Part shown: positions 1 through 11,593 of the stretch, piece by piece | How the letters are laid out: every line of letters starts with the position of its first letter | Position numbering within the stretch: position 1 is the stretch's first letter | Assembly (NCBI RefSeq): GCF_964204645.1 | Contig: NW_027437488.1 | Span: forward strand, 1 to 38,202 | DNA length: 38,202 nt | Reading direction: 5' to 3' | Source of the DNA: Tubulanus polymorphus | Taxonomy: Eukaryota > Animalia > Nemertea | Notes under the pieces: model-generated | Told to the model about the DNA's origin: nothing | What the model saw: the letters and a program-made list of their open reading frames with translations, nothing else | Databases searched by the model: none | Program-made: the position numbers and the translations under genes

Positions 1-235
1 TGGTTCAGAATATAGTGATTTGGATATTCTTGGAGCCGTCCCTATTGGTACCGGTGAAAACTACAAACATGGCTTCTTTTTTGGCTATGATTAATTTTGA
101 ACGGTAAATTGAACCGATGATACTGCGTAGATATTGCGTAACTTTCTCGTGTTTTAAACACAACTGATTTTAATCATCTACGACGAACTCGGTCCGAAGA
201 ATATTCACATCGATACAAACTGTGACGACTTTCTT
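1..235 (+). repeat. Dispersed modular repeat family X (copy cut by the window edge)
   Basis: ggatattcttggagcc...ttgaaccgatgatactgcg...aactttctcgtgttttaaac...gaagaatattcacatcgatacaaactgtga recurs elsewhere in the window. Confidence 0.85.
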
Positions 236-444
236 ACTTCCATTTAATAAACGGCCGAATCAAAACGGAAGCCTCTGAAAATGCGATCGCATAGATTGAA
301 AATATCGGCACGGCAAATTTCCATCAAATAGATTGCTTCTTGAAAAAGCGGTTAGTTCTACGAAACAGAACATCCAACATTATTCGAATCGTAAAAATAA
401 ACGCTCATTCTATAAAGCGCTTTCGGCGTATTACGACCTTTCGT

Positions 445-1612
445 TTGAGAAGGGAAAAACGTTCGTAGGTTAACTTCGAGTTTCGTGCTCGCGTGGTTAA
501 TCGGAAATTTCGCGACTTTTCATATTATGATATTGCGACATTTTGCTCGAAAAGGGAAAAATATTCGCGGGTTAACTTCGAGTTCCACGCTCGCGTGGTT
601 AATCGGAAATTTCGCGACTTTTCATATTAGGATATTGCGACATTTTGCTCGAAAAGGGAAAAATGTTCGCGGGTTAACTTCGAGTTTCGTGCTCGCGTGG
701 TTAATCGGAAATTTCGCGACTTTTCATATTATGATATTGCGACATTTTGCTCGAAAAGGGAAAAATATTCGCGGGTTAACTTCGAGTTTTGTGCTCGCGT
801 GGTTAATCGGAAATTTTGCGACTTTTCATATTAGGATATTGCGACATTTTGCTCGAAAAGGGAAAAATGTTCGCGGGTTAACTTCGAGTTTTGTGCTCGC
901 GTGGTTAATCGGAAATTTCGCGACTTTTCATATTAGGATATTGCGACATTTTGCTCGAAAAGGGAAAAATGTTCGCGGGTTAACTTCGAGTTTTGTGCTC
1001 GCGTGGTTAATCAGAAATTTCGCGCCTTTTTTGGTTTGAAAAAGGAAAAATATTCGCGGGTTAACTTCGAGTTTTGTGCTCGCGTGGTTAATCGGAAATT
1101 TCGCGACTTATCATATCAGGATATTGCGACTTTTTGTTTGAAAAGCGAAAAATATTCACGGGTTAACTTCGAGTTTTGTGCTCGCGTGGTTAATCGGAAA
1201 TTTCGCGACTTTTCATATTAGGATATTGCGACATTTTGCTCGAAAAGGGAAAAATGTTCGCGGGTTAACTTCGAGTTTTGTGCTCGCGTGGTTAATCAGA
1301 AATTTCGCGCCTTTTTTGGTTTGAAAAAGGAAAAATATTCGCGGGTTAACTTCGAGTTTTGTGCTCGCGTGGTTAATCGGAAATTTCGCGACTTATCATA
1401 TCAGGATATTGCGACTTTTTGTTTGAAAAGCGAAAAATATTCACGGGTTAACTTCGAGTTTCGTGCTCACTGGGTTAATCGGAAATTTCGCGACTTTTCA
1501 TATCAGGATATTGCGACTTTTTGTTTGAAAAGCGAAAAATGTTCGCGGGTTAACTTAAAAGTTTCGTGCTCGCGTGGTTAATCGGAAATTTCGCGACTTA
1601 TTTTCATATCAG
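445..1612. repeat. 102-bp tandem repeat (~11.5 units) with two 81-bp deletion units
   Basis: GTTAAC anchor at 469, 571, 673, 775, 877, 979, 1060, 1162, 1264, 1345, 1447, 1549. Confidence 0.95.
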
Positions 1613-1899
1613 GAACGTATGCGCAATTTCGCAGAGCGGGGACCTTCGTCGACGTCGAAAAATAGACCATTACTTTAAAAGCCATTTCTAATTTCGTAAT
1701 GCGCGTTCGCGACCACGCAATGCAAAGAACCGCGCGCGTCGTCAAAAGAGAACCGATTCATTCATTACGGTAATTGGATGCGACCAGATTGTCTGCTAAA
1801 TATATAAAAACCGTTTTTCTAATAATGGTTTCGGAAATGAGATGATACCGACGACATTTCTGCCGGCAAGTGCCGCCTGCGTCTTTCAAAAAAAAAAAA

Positions 1900-2070
1900 T
1901 TGAACGTAGTTTTATTGAATCGTTGAAGGTGTTGAGAACGAAAAGGTCATCATTAAAAGTAACTAATCATAATTTCACTGAATGCTTAAGCTTTAAGAAT
2001 GAAAAGCCTATCATAAGTAACTCATCATAATTTTACGGTATCTTTGAAGTCAGCGAGAATGAGAAGGCCG
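1900..2070 (+). repeat. Degenerate outlier of the 60/63-bp satellite
   Basis: ttgaatcgttgaag...aaggtcatcattaaaagtaactaatcataatt matches the 35244-37275 monomer. Confidence 0.8.
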
Positions 2071-2127
2071 CCCAGCCAGTTGTGCAGTTGTGATTTAAGT
2101 TGAAAAGTGGTCTCAAAAAGTGGTCTT

Positions 2128-2497
2128 TTGACTGGTCTTAAGTTGTTAGATTGGTTATGGAGCCAAAATGAGCTTAGACTGGTCTTAGGTTAGATTGGTT
2201 ATAGAACCAAAAAGAGCTTAGACTGGTCTTAAGTTGTTAAATTGGTTATAGAGCCAACATGAGCTCAAACTGGTCTTAGGTTGTTAGATTGGTTATAGAA
2301 CCAAAATGAGCTTAGACTGGTCGCAGGAAGATTAGCTACCGAACTTTGATGATCTTTGACTGGTCTTAAATCTAGCCACATTACCCCAGGAGCTGGTTCC
2401 ATAGTCGTTGAGACTTAGGTCGAAAAATCGTCTTGAAATCTTAAGACCGGTCTTAAGTTGTTAGATTGGCTATACAAGTTAGATGATGTTAGACTAG
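2128..2497 (-). repeat. 47-bp satellite, degenerate inverted array
   Basis: gagcttagactggtcttaagttgttagattggttatagaacca is the reverse complement of the 11875-12526 unit. Confidence 0.9.
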
Positions 2498-2500
2498 CCT

Positions 2501-2771
2501 AGTGTGCGGTATATAAATCAGTGATGGATTTTGCTAGTACACCGCACTGCAGTGAATTGATGTAATTAGTAATTAGTAATTATCTCCCTTGAAAAATGGC
2601 AGCACTTGTCGGACATAGTGAAATACTAGTAACTAACAATACACCGCGCCGCGGTGTAGACGCACTATAGCGCACTATATTCCCGTTATTCAACACACAA
2701 GGGTGGAATTTTAAAAAAATTTCAAATTATCTCTAGCACTATAGGGTATTAACTAGTCAGCACTGAAAGGG
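2501..2771 (+). mobile_element. piggyBac-like MITE, left end lost
   Basis: Internal sequence matches the full copies; ends gcactgaaaggg|TTAA. Confidence 0.85.
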
Positions 2772-3294
2772 TTAAGTCTAAGCCATTACTAAGAAGCCGG
2801 CCCCGAGAAGCCAAGCGTATATCGGAGCACTGCTCTCAAATCAAAACGTACTGAGGTTTACCGAGTTCTACGCTGATGAGCTGAACGGATGAAATACGAC
2901 ATTATCCGATCGTTGACCGCGAAACTACGGCTATAATTGATTTATTCGCGTACACGGCAAATACACGCAACTCTACGGAATGAATATTCTAGACATGCCG
3001 CAAATCGTTAGAGCGCGCGGCAACAGAATTCATATTCATAATCCGACGACGACGAGGAATCTCGTAAAATCGATGATTCATATAACGACGGCGCAATTTA
3101 CGAGGAGTTATGAGCAGACGGACGATAAGCAGAGGACAGACGATTAATAAACATAACCCCCTGCTCCCCCTCCCCCCTGTGTATCTAAACGCTTAGCGTG
3201 TTGCCCTGATTCTCGCTATCAACTACAATTGAAATCTTTGGGTTAGATTTTTCAGGTTAACCCTTTCCTTGTCATATACGGTAGCTCCAACCAC

Positions 3295-3630
3295 AGAGAA
3301 CCGTTGATCACGCCACATATTCTTGGAGCAGCCCTTATTATTGGGTACAAGCGGCGGAAAGCGAAGAACGGCCTCGCTAAAGGATGGCTCCATAATTTGG
3401 TCTTAAAGAAACGGATGGCTCCATGATTCGGACTTTAGAGGGATACCTCCATGATCCGCACATCCTGCAAGCCGCCCAGGATACCTAGAGTAAGGACGGC
3501 TCCATGATATTGCGTAACTTTCTCGTGTTTTTAAACGCAACTGATTTGAATCATCTACGATGAACTCGGTCTGAAGAATATTCACATCGATACAAACTGT
3601 GAACAGTCTAAGTTTCACCCGTGAAACAAA
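3295..3630 (+). repeat. Dispersed repeat family X copy
   Basis: atattcttggagc and tgcgtaactttctcgtgtttttaaacgcaactgat...gaagaatattcacatcgatacaaactgtgaacag. Confidence 0.8.
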
Positions 3631-4120
3631 ACAGATACCTTTGACTACCTGATCACTACCATCCGTAAAAAGATTTTTTTCCGCGCAGCCTACGAAATTC
3701 AATAATCTGACAAATTCAATTCTAAGAATTCGTCAGGCGTTCAATTATCGCATCACAACGCCGGATAACTTTAATAATACGATCGTGAAAGCTGTCAGTG
3801 CCGACGATATCATCAATGTTTTAAACGAATTTCATATCCTCCCACTCTCCTGCGTTCACCGGCCGCCCGACTATTCAAAGATATCGGTTACCATGACAAT
3901 CAACGGTGCCAAACAATCGGGACGGTTAACTGATATAACCGGCCCGGCGTCTTCCTCGCGATACTGTGCTGGTATAAGATCGGTACGGGGCGATTTCTTG
4001 TACGAGAATATTGCAGTTCATTTTCAATTTCGAAGTCTGCATTTTCCAGAATCATCGGTATATGATCTAACGAGCCTCGAAAACTGGTTTCAATGATACA
4101 TTTTTTCTGTTCCTGATTAC

Positions 4121-4352
4121 GAGCGACACCTGGTGGATCCTCACTTCCCACAAGTGGAATCCTATATAGCCACAGTAGTTGATGTCCTACTGCACCCTAG
4201 CGACACCTGGTGGATCCTCACTTGCCACAAGTGGAATCCTACATAGCGCCGCAGTAGTCGATGTCCTACTGCACACTAGCGACATCTAGTGGATGCTCAC
4301 TTGCCACAAGTGGAATCCTATATAGCCTACACTAGCGATACCTGGTGGATTC
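4121..4352 (+). repeat. 77-bp satellite (3 units) with CTCF-like motif
   Basis: agcgacacctggtggatcctcacttgccacaagtggaatcc unit. Confidence 0.92.
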
Positions 4353-5240
4353 TTTCTTTTATGGAAATTGGAGATAAATTTTCTGTTAGAGCCCGGATGA
4401 GGCGACATATTCAAACAATCCGAAAAACAATCGATTTAGACAAATTTCGACGACAAAAAATCTAAACGGAACTTACAGAATTTCGTCGCGATCACGACTA
4501 CGTTTTTCCTAGTCATCGGCTGTCGTTCGTTGTAATCCTCGTCCTCGCGAAATCCTCGCGAAACGACGAGCAAAAACCACTCGAAATCGATCGCTCGTCG
4601 TCTGCTTAGAAACATAATCATCACCGCTCTGCAGACGACGACAGCAGACGGACGGACCGAACGACGGATCCGAGAAGAGAATTAATTTTCTTCGTTTTCG
4701 CTCGCGCCGCACAGATGTTATATCGCCATGGTTACCGATGATCGACGACGCAAGCGGGCTCGCGAGAAACGACGAAAAGGAGAAAGACGAAATAGAAAAA
4801 AAAAACCCGAGGAATTATCGGAACTGCGAATCGGTTTCAACCATTTTCCGACATTTTTACACACGAGCGTATGTTTTTGCCCGATCGCGGCAAGTCTGCT
4901 TGTGTTTGTGAATTCGCTGCCAAGTTAAGAATTTGCAATCTAATTTTCTTAAAAAAGGGGCCACGGAAAATAGCGAAATACGGCCCTGGTTAGGATAGGT
5001 TTAAATCTACGTAAAAACATATTTACCTCGGGCGGTTTCCGCCAGTACGTCTCAGAATGTTTTTTGGAAATCTTTAAGAGCCGAATTACGTCGTCGCGCT
5101 AATATTCGTCGGACGTTTATTTCCGATGAGGAAAGCGCGAAAATATCGTCTTGACGAAAATTCCCGGACCGCGATTAAGCGGAAAGCATGATGGATGGAC
5201 GGTCGCGGTATCTAACGGTATAAAACGGATACCACCGATA

Positions 5241-5322
5241 CTGCTGCTGTTGCTGCTGCTGCTGCTGCTGCATAGAAGTGCTACGTGTATACGTATATAT
5301 ATACATATATATATACATATAT
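5241..5322. repeat. (CTG)n and (TA/TACA)n microsatellites
   Basis: Read directly. Confidence 0.9.
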
Positions 5323-6115
5323 GCCGCGTAGCAACCGTTGGCAGACGGGTGACAAGAGCAAACGGTCGACGGGGATTCGACTGTTCATTCCCAGGCTCTT
5401 ACGGGAGAACGACGGAAAATACAAGCGCGCGCGTGACGGTCTTGTCATCGGAATTTAATCACGGCGGCTAACGACGGCGGACTGGTTATCGGCGCGCGAT
5501 CGTACGATCAGGTTCAGAATTGATTCACCTCGTCGCGAGCTCGTTCGTAGTTTATTTGATTCGTCGCGCTCCGCTCCGTAGCGGGTTCCGCGTACGTTTG
5601 TCGATTCCATAAATTACCGAGTAATTTGAGCAAAAATTATAACAACAATCCCACAATTGATGGTTTAACAATTAGCTCGACAATTTCGAAGTGTCGACTA
5701 AATTTTATCATCACAGAAATGAAAATGACATAATATCATTTTATCTAACAAAGTTCTTTTTTTATGTAATGGGGACACATCGGAGTAAAGAGATCGAATT
5801 TAACAACGCGTCCAGTATTTTTTTTTTAATCATCGAAAAATATTTTCATTTCTCCGCTGATGAAGTTTTTTAATTCGAATTCGAATTCATTTTCGCAAAT
5901 ACGAACACGAGAAGAAAAATTTTTGATTACTAAATGCGTAAATTTTCGAGCTCAGCGAAAACTTTCAAATTGTCAGGCGAAACTGTCGGAATAAACTGCT
6001 AAATCGTCAAATGTGGGTTTCGCTTACGAGCTTTGAATACGGAGATCGACGATCAGTCTCTGCCGGTCGGGGGTCGCTCGTTAATTCGTTGATCGAGTTA
6101 AAAATAACTTCCTAA

Positions 6116-6222
6116 TTCTCGTACGCATTCATCATCGCTCCGATTTCGTATGAGTCACGCCGACCGAATTCGCGTACGTTTGCATACATCTCGGAGTCGT
6201 TGCGACTCCCGCTAAATCGTAA
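6116..6222 (+). repeat. ~105-bp dispersed repeat with GAGTC-N-GACTC hairpin; second copy 6918-7024, inverted degenerate units 7470-7770
   Basis: gagtcacgccgaccgaattcgc...atctcggagtc...gactc..gctaaat is shared; acgacttagcaggagtcgaaacgactt near 7590 is its reverse complement. Confidence 0.75.
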
Positions 6223-6473
6223 TAGTGGAATTCTACAGCGAGTAATATACGCGAGGAAAATCTGCGATAAACTTTTGGACTATCTACACGCGGAAAATGA
6301 CCAAAAGGTTTTGAAATGGGACAAAACGATCTTCAGCCCATTTCGAGATGTATTTATTAAATTAGGCAACCGACAAAATTAACCCCAATCAGAGTGGCTT
6401 GCCGCGTCGGACTGGTCGGAAGATTGATCACATGGACCAAAACCGAAATTTCCGAACATGTACTTCGATTTAA

Positions 6474-6743
6474 CCCTTTCAGTGCTGACTAATCAATACA
6501 CTATAGTGCTGGAGAAAAATTTTGAAAAATTCCAAATGTTTCGTATAACGGGAATACCACTATAGTGCGTATACACCGCGGTGCAGTGTATTGTTAGTTA
6601 CTAATATTTCACTATGTTTGACATGTGCTGCCATCTTTCAATAGAGATAAAAACTAATTACATCAATACACCGCAGTGTAATGTACTAGCAAAATCCATC
6701 ATCAATTCATACACCGCACTGCGGTGTAGACGCACTGAAAGGG
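6474..6743 (-). mobile_element. piggyBac-like MITE (TTAA target duplication, CCCTTTCAGTGC terminal inverted repeats)
   Basis: TTAA|ccctttcagtgc...gcactgaaaggg|TTAA, non-coding; orientation opposite to the 14579, 26288 and 27200 copies. Confidence 0.93.
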
Positions 6744-8096
6744 TTAAACTTAACAAAAAATTTCGGTACATTCGACCGCCGATCACGCGACTATATCTCT
6801 CTTTACTTCAATTTCTGATGAATTTCTGATTTCGAAATCAGAATTTGCGAGGGACACAAAATGAAAGCCCATCTACCAATCGAACTATTTCATGATCTAA
6901 AAGTTAGAATAGCTTCATTCTTGTATTCGTCGATTGCTGATCAATTTCGTTACGAGTCACGCCGACCGAATTCGCATACGTTCGCATATATCTCGGAGTC
7001 AATTTGACTCCTGCTAAATTGTTATTTTTTCTGTGCATCCACATTTCATATCAGTCAGGATTCGCGTATCATTTAGAGTAATTCGCTCATATTTTCGGCG
7101 CGTAAACGGGGTTCGAGGCTTAGCTGACTCGCGTTTTGAGAGTCAAATCTTAACCGAGAAGGACCTGGTTCCGTTGTTACTAGAGTTAAAACTAGAGTCT
7201 AAGAATTGAAATGATAATTTATTCAACGCGCAATCATGAATTTAGCTTAGAACCTGACGACTAAGCGCAGAAGCAACTTCCATAGCGCTCCATTCGGTTC
7301 AAATCTAGTCAAAATTAGTCCATTACTTCCAGAAGAGTCTATAATCAAAATTAGTCCATTAGTTCTTACGCGTTTTAGTCCATTTCTTATCACTGGTGAA
7401 CTCGGTACAGAGCTAACAAAATTCCGCAAGCCTTTCAAAAAACTCGAGACGAAAATCGGCAAACGCACAAACTATGAGTAAAATATGAATTTCGTAGGAG
7501 TCTGAATTACTTAAAAAGATATGCAAATGTATGCACATTCAGTCATGACGACTCAAATATAATCAATTATAGATGCATGCAAGGAACGACGACTTAGCAG
7601 GAGTCGAAACGACTTCGCGGGATATATATGCAAATTTTAGTCCGGACGACTCATACAAAATAGAGTCGGTAATGGATGCATACGAAAAATTCGAATTAAG
7701 CTTAGCCGGAGTCGAAGTGACTCCTAGATATATAAAAACGCGCGCAAATTTAGTCGACGCGACTCAACAAAAAAAACCAAAAAAAACTAACAGAATCACG
7801 AGAAAGCACGGACAACCGAAAATGTTTGATTCACTGACCTGATAAGTGGTGGTAACGATAAGACAGTCGATTTCTTAGGCAGGGTCTTATCCCGGACGAA
7901 AATCTCGAAATCTGCCGTTCGAAAAATCAAACAAAGTTTCGAGATATTTTTACGATCCGAAGATTACGGAAAATCCAGGATTTCGATTTTAACGCGAATT
8001 TCCGCGACGAGAAAAGATGAAGAAAACATCGTCGTCATCCTGCGTCTTTGAAGGCGGTCGCTACGTGTCGTTCAGCCTCCGCTCGTCGTCGTTGGA

Positions 8097-8408
8097 TGCT
8101 GCTGCTGCTGCTGCTGCTGCTGGACCGACGATGAAAGAGCTGCATCGTCGTGCGAAAGACGAATCGACGCTGATTCCGAAGCTCCGTTCGTCGACGACGA
8201 ATCGCGCTCGTAAACTGAATCGTACGCGCGCCGCGAAACTAATAACGTCGACGTGCATCGAGCGAGCGAGCGAACCGCTGCTGCTGCTGCTGCCGCTGCC
8301 GCTGCTGCATCGGATAACAGCTGCTATTGCCACGGTGACACTCCCCCTCTCTCTAGCGACGCGCAGCTGGCTTTCGAACGACGACGACGACGACGACGAA
8401 GACGACGA
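8097..8408. repeat. Cluster of (GCT)n, (GCT/GCC)n and (GAC)n triplet microsatellites in a CpG-rich island
   Basis: Runs at about 8097-8121, 8277-8308 and 8379-8408. Confidence 0.85.
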
Positions 8409-8799
8409 ATCCAGGTAAAATTACCGCTCGTCTCTCTCGGCGAGCGAGCGAGCGCGCCCGACCACTCCCAGCTGTCAGCAGACGACACGAATACATTATA
8501 CTCCGTTCTCGATCGCGACGACGACAGCCGCAACCGAATCGCGAAACTCTCGCCAGAAACTTAACCGTAATTCATTCGATTCTACTCATTTTTTCATTCT
8601 ACTAGTATGATCTATATAAATACGGAGCGTAAATCGCAACAATAACGCGAAGTTCGTCCTTCGAAAAATAATATAATCTGATGCGATCGATTTCGCGGAC
8701 GCGGGTGAAAATACATCGAATAAACTACCGGCAAAGCTGTAGTCTATTTCAACTCGACTCGAGAGCGCATCGGGCCGTCTAGCTCGGTCCTTTTTGTTG

Positions 8800-8910
8800 G
8801 TACGAACCATCCTCCCACGGCAGGGATTCGAACCCGATGGCATCGTTACACCGAGCTGCGGCACGAACCCCTGCCACACTAGACCCCGGTGTTCAGGTAC
8901 ATGCGCAGCT
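8800..8910 (-). mobile_element. tRNA-derived SINE-like head
   Basis: Minus strand reads ggtctagtgtggcagggg...GGTTCGAATCCctgccgtgggaggatg; Pol III B-box at 8834-8824. Confidence 0.65.
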
Positions 8911-9066
8911 TTGCCGCTCGAAAAAAACTTGCGGCACCAATCAGATCGCTCGTCGTATAATCGCTGAGGTAAATTTCAAGGAAGAACGATCGACGGGAAA
9001 ACCCGGGCTATTATAAAACGGGATATCCGATCTGGCTGATAATGACGTCATCTAAGCCGCGCGTGT

Positions 9067-9157
9067 AGCTGCGCACTCGGTCTAGTGTGGCGGGGTTTCG
9101 TACTGTGGCGATCTCGACGCCGTCAGGTTCGAGTCCCTGCCGCGGGAGGATGCGTAC
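9067..9157 (+). mobile_element. tRNA-derived SINE-like head (inverted partner of 8800-8910)
   Basis: ggtctagtgtggcgggg...GGTTCGAGTCCctgccgcgggaggatg; B-box at 9126-9136. Confidence 0.65.
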
Positions 9158-9189
9158 ACACCCGATAAAAAGTCATAGCAAACCACGTC

Positions 9190-9470
9190 GTACAAATTGA
9201 ACCGATGATACTGCGTTTATAACTTTCTCGTGCTTTTAAACGCGACTGATTTTAATAATATACGACGAACTCGGTCTGAAGAATATTCACATCGATGCTA
9301 ACTGTGACCGAACAGTAAAAATATTCAAACACTCATCAACAGTTTCATCTTTTAATCATGGTTTCTTCACGTGGCTTCGATTCATGTTGAACCGACGATA
9401 CCGCGTAACTTTCTTGCGTCTAACGATGCAACTGATTTTAAAACATCTACGATGATCTCGGTCGTAAGAA
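9190..9470 (+). repeat. Dispersed repeat family X (two partial modules)
   Basis: aattgaaccgatgatactgcg... followed by catggtttcttcacgtggct...gaaccgacgataccgcgtaactttc. Confidence 0.85.
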
Positions 9471-10218
9471 AAACGCGGGTCGAATGATGATCGCGTTTGA
9501 ATCGCAACCGGTTCCGGCAACCGCTCACTTCGCTTTGTTTAAGCGTGGTTTTAGTATGGAGTAAGGGTGATAAGGCCGAATTCGATTCCGGCCTGATCGG
9601 TGTCAATTTGACCCGGGGGCCAGATCGCCTCCGCGCGTAGTCGCGGCTTTAGAAATTCTATTTCCGAACGTCATGCAGTCGTGATCAGGTGCGGTACACA
9701 AGAGCTATACATGATTTGAGACGAACGTGATTCGTTTTAAGTACGACCAAACCGACGCGAAGCTCGCATAATAGCGAACACACGCCCTGCGTACCGGTCA
9801 AATGACAAACAACACGATGATACGAAGAAAATGAAACGCGCGCGAGAGAGATATCTGACCCAAGCAACGCCTAACCTTTGTTCGTTGAAAAACGCGAAAC
9901 GAAACGCATGGTCTCGTTGCATTCGGATACCTCGTCGGATCGCGTTTCTTGTTCGTCGTCGTCGTCGTCGTCGGATGGATGTGAGGACGCATGTTTCGAG
10001 GGACACCCGAGAGACCCGGGTTTATTTTCATCGACGAGTTATAACTTTGAACGCCGAGTTGAAACGTACGAACCGTGTGTGCGTCTATAAAAACGGTTGA
10101 GGCTCTCGGAGTTTAAGCTGTAACGACGTTTCAATGGATCCACACTCGTAAGATCTAAGAAATTATGCTAAGGATCTGCGTATGCTGGGTCCTAGTTTAG
10201 AGATGAAATCAGCGTGAG

Positions 10219-11398
10219 GGGTTCAAGTTAAAACTGGCCTATAAAACCAGCCCCTGCATGGTTCAAGTTAAAACTGGTCTATAAAACCAGCCCATGCAGG
10301 GTTCAAGTTAAAACTGGTCTATAAAACCAGCCCATGCAGGGTTCAAGTTAAAACTGGTCTATAAAACCAGCCCCTGCATGGTTCAAGTTAAAACTGGTCT
10401 ATAAAACCAGCCCATGCAGGGTTCAAGTTAAAACTGGTCTATAAAACCAGCCCCTGCCGGGTTCAAGTTAAAACTGGTCTATAAAACCAGCCCCTGCAGG
10501 GTTCAAGTAAAAACTGGTCTATAAAACCAGCACCTGCAAGGTTCAAGTAAAAACTGGTCTATAAAACCAGCCTCTGCAGGGTTCAAGTTAAAACTGGTCT
10601 ATAAAACCAGCCTCTGCAGGGTTCAAGTTAAAACTGGTCTATAAAACCAGCCCCTGCAAGGTTCAAGTAAAAACTGGTCTATAAAACCAGCCCCTGCAGG
10701 GTTCAAGTAAAAACTGGTCTATAAAACCAGCCCCTGCAAGGTTCAAGTAAAAACTGGTCTATAAAACCAGCCTCTGCAGGGTTCAAGTTAAAACTGGTCT
10801 ATAAAACCAGCCCCTGCAAGGTTCAAGTAAAAACTGGTCTATAAAACCAGCCCCTGCAGGGTTCAAGTAAAAACTGGTCTATAAAACCAGCCCCTGCAGG
10901 GTTCAAGTTAAAACTGGTCTATAAAACCAGCCCCTGCAGGGTTCAAGTTAAAACTGGTCTATAAAACCAGCCCCTGCAGGGTTCAAGTAAAAACTGGTCT
11001 ATAAAACCAGCCCCTGTAGGGTTCAAGTTAAAACTGGTCTTTTAAACCAGCCCCTGCAGGGTTCAAGTAAAAACTGGTCTATAAAACCAGCCCCTGCAGG
11101 GTTCAAGTAAAAACTGGTCTATAAACCAGCCCCTGCAGGGTTCAAGTTAAAACTGGTCTATAAAACCAGCCCCTGCAGGGTTCAAGTTTAAACTGGTCTA
11201 TAAAACCAGCCCCTGTAGGGTTCAAGTTTAAACTGGTCTATAAAACCAGCCCCTGCAGGGTTCAAGTTTAAACTGGTCTATAAAACCAGCCCCTGCAGGG
11301 TTCAAGTTTAAACTGGTCTATAAAACCAGCCCCTGTAGGGTTCAAGTTAAAACTGGTCTATAAAACCAGCCCTTGCAGGGTTCAAGTGAAAAATGACC
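10219..11398. repeat. 40-bp minisatellite (~29 units)
   Basis: gggttcaagttaaaactggtctataaaaccagcccctgca, very homogeneous. Confidence 0.97.
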
Positions 11399-11579
11399 TA
11401 TTAGAGGCAAAACCAAAATATCTCATTGAAACGATTTCCATTATTTTCTCACATATCTGACATTTAGAAGGCTCACTATTTGGCGACTCGTAAACCATCC
11501 CCATCCGAGTAACAGAACGCTGACCGGCGGCATCGAGTATAGCTAACATCTTTAAGGTCGCGCGGAGTCACATTTTCTC

Positions 11580-11593
11580 GTAACCATAGCAAC
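11580..11593. promoter_or_regulatory. RFX X-box-like palindrome
   Basis: GTAACCATAGCAAC; motif match only. Confidence 0.5.

Noticed and set aside
485-1581. ORFs of 184, 72 and 97 aa
   Set aside because: Translations of the 102-bp tandem repeat, starting at GTG; no protein similarity recognised.
2873-2900. CTGATGAG...GAAA as a third hammerhead
   Set aside because: No pairable stem II and no stem III or cleavage triplet.
8017-8564. Overlapping poly-Ala/Asp/Arg/Ser ORFs
   Set aside because: Products of triplet microsatellites in CG-rich sequence; no recognisable domain.
8800-9157. Functional tRNA genes
   Set aside because: B-box present, but no convincing acceptor or anticodon stems.
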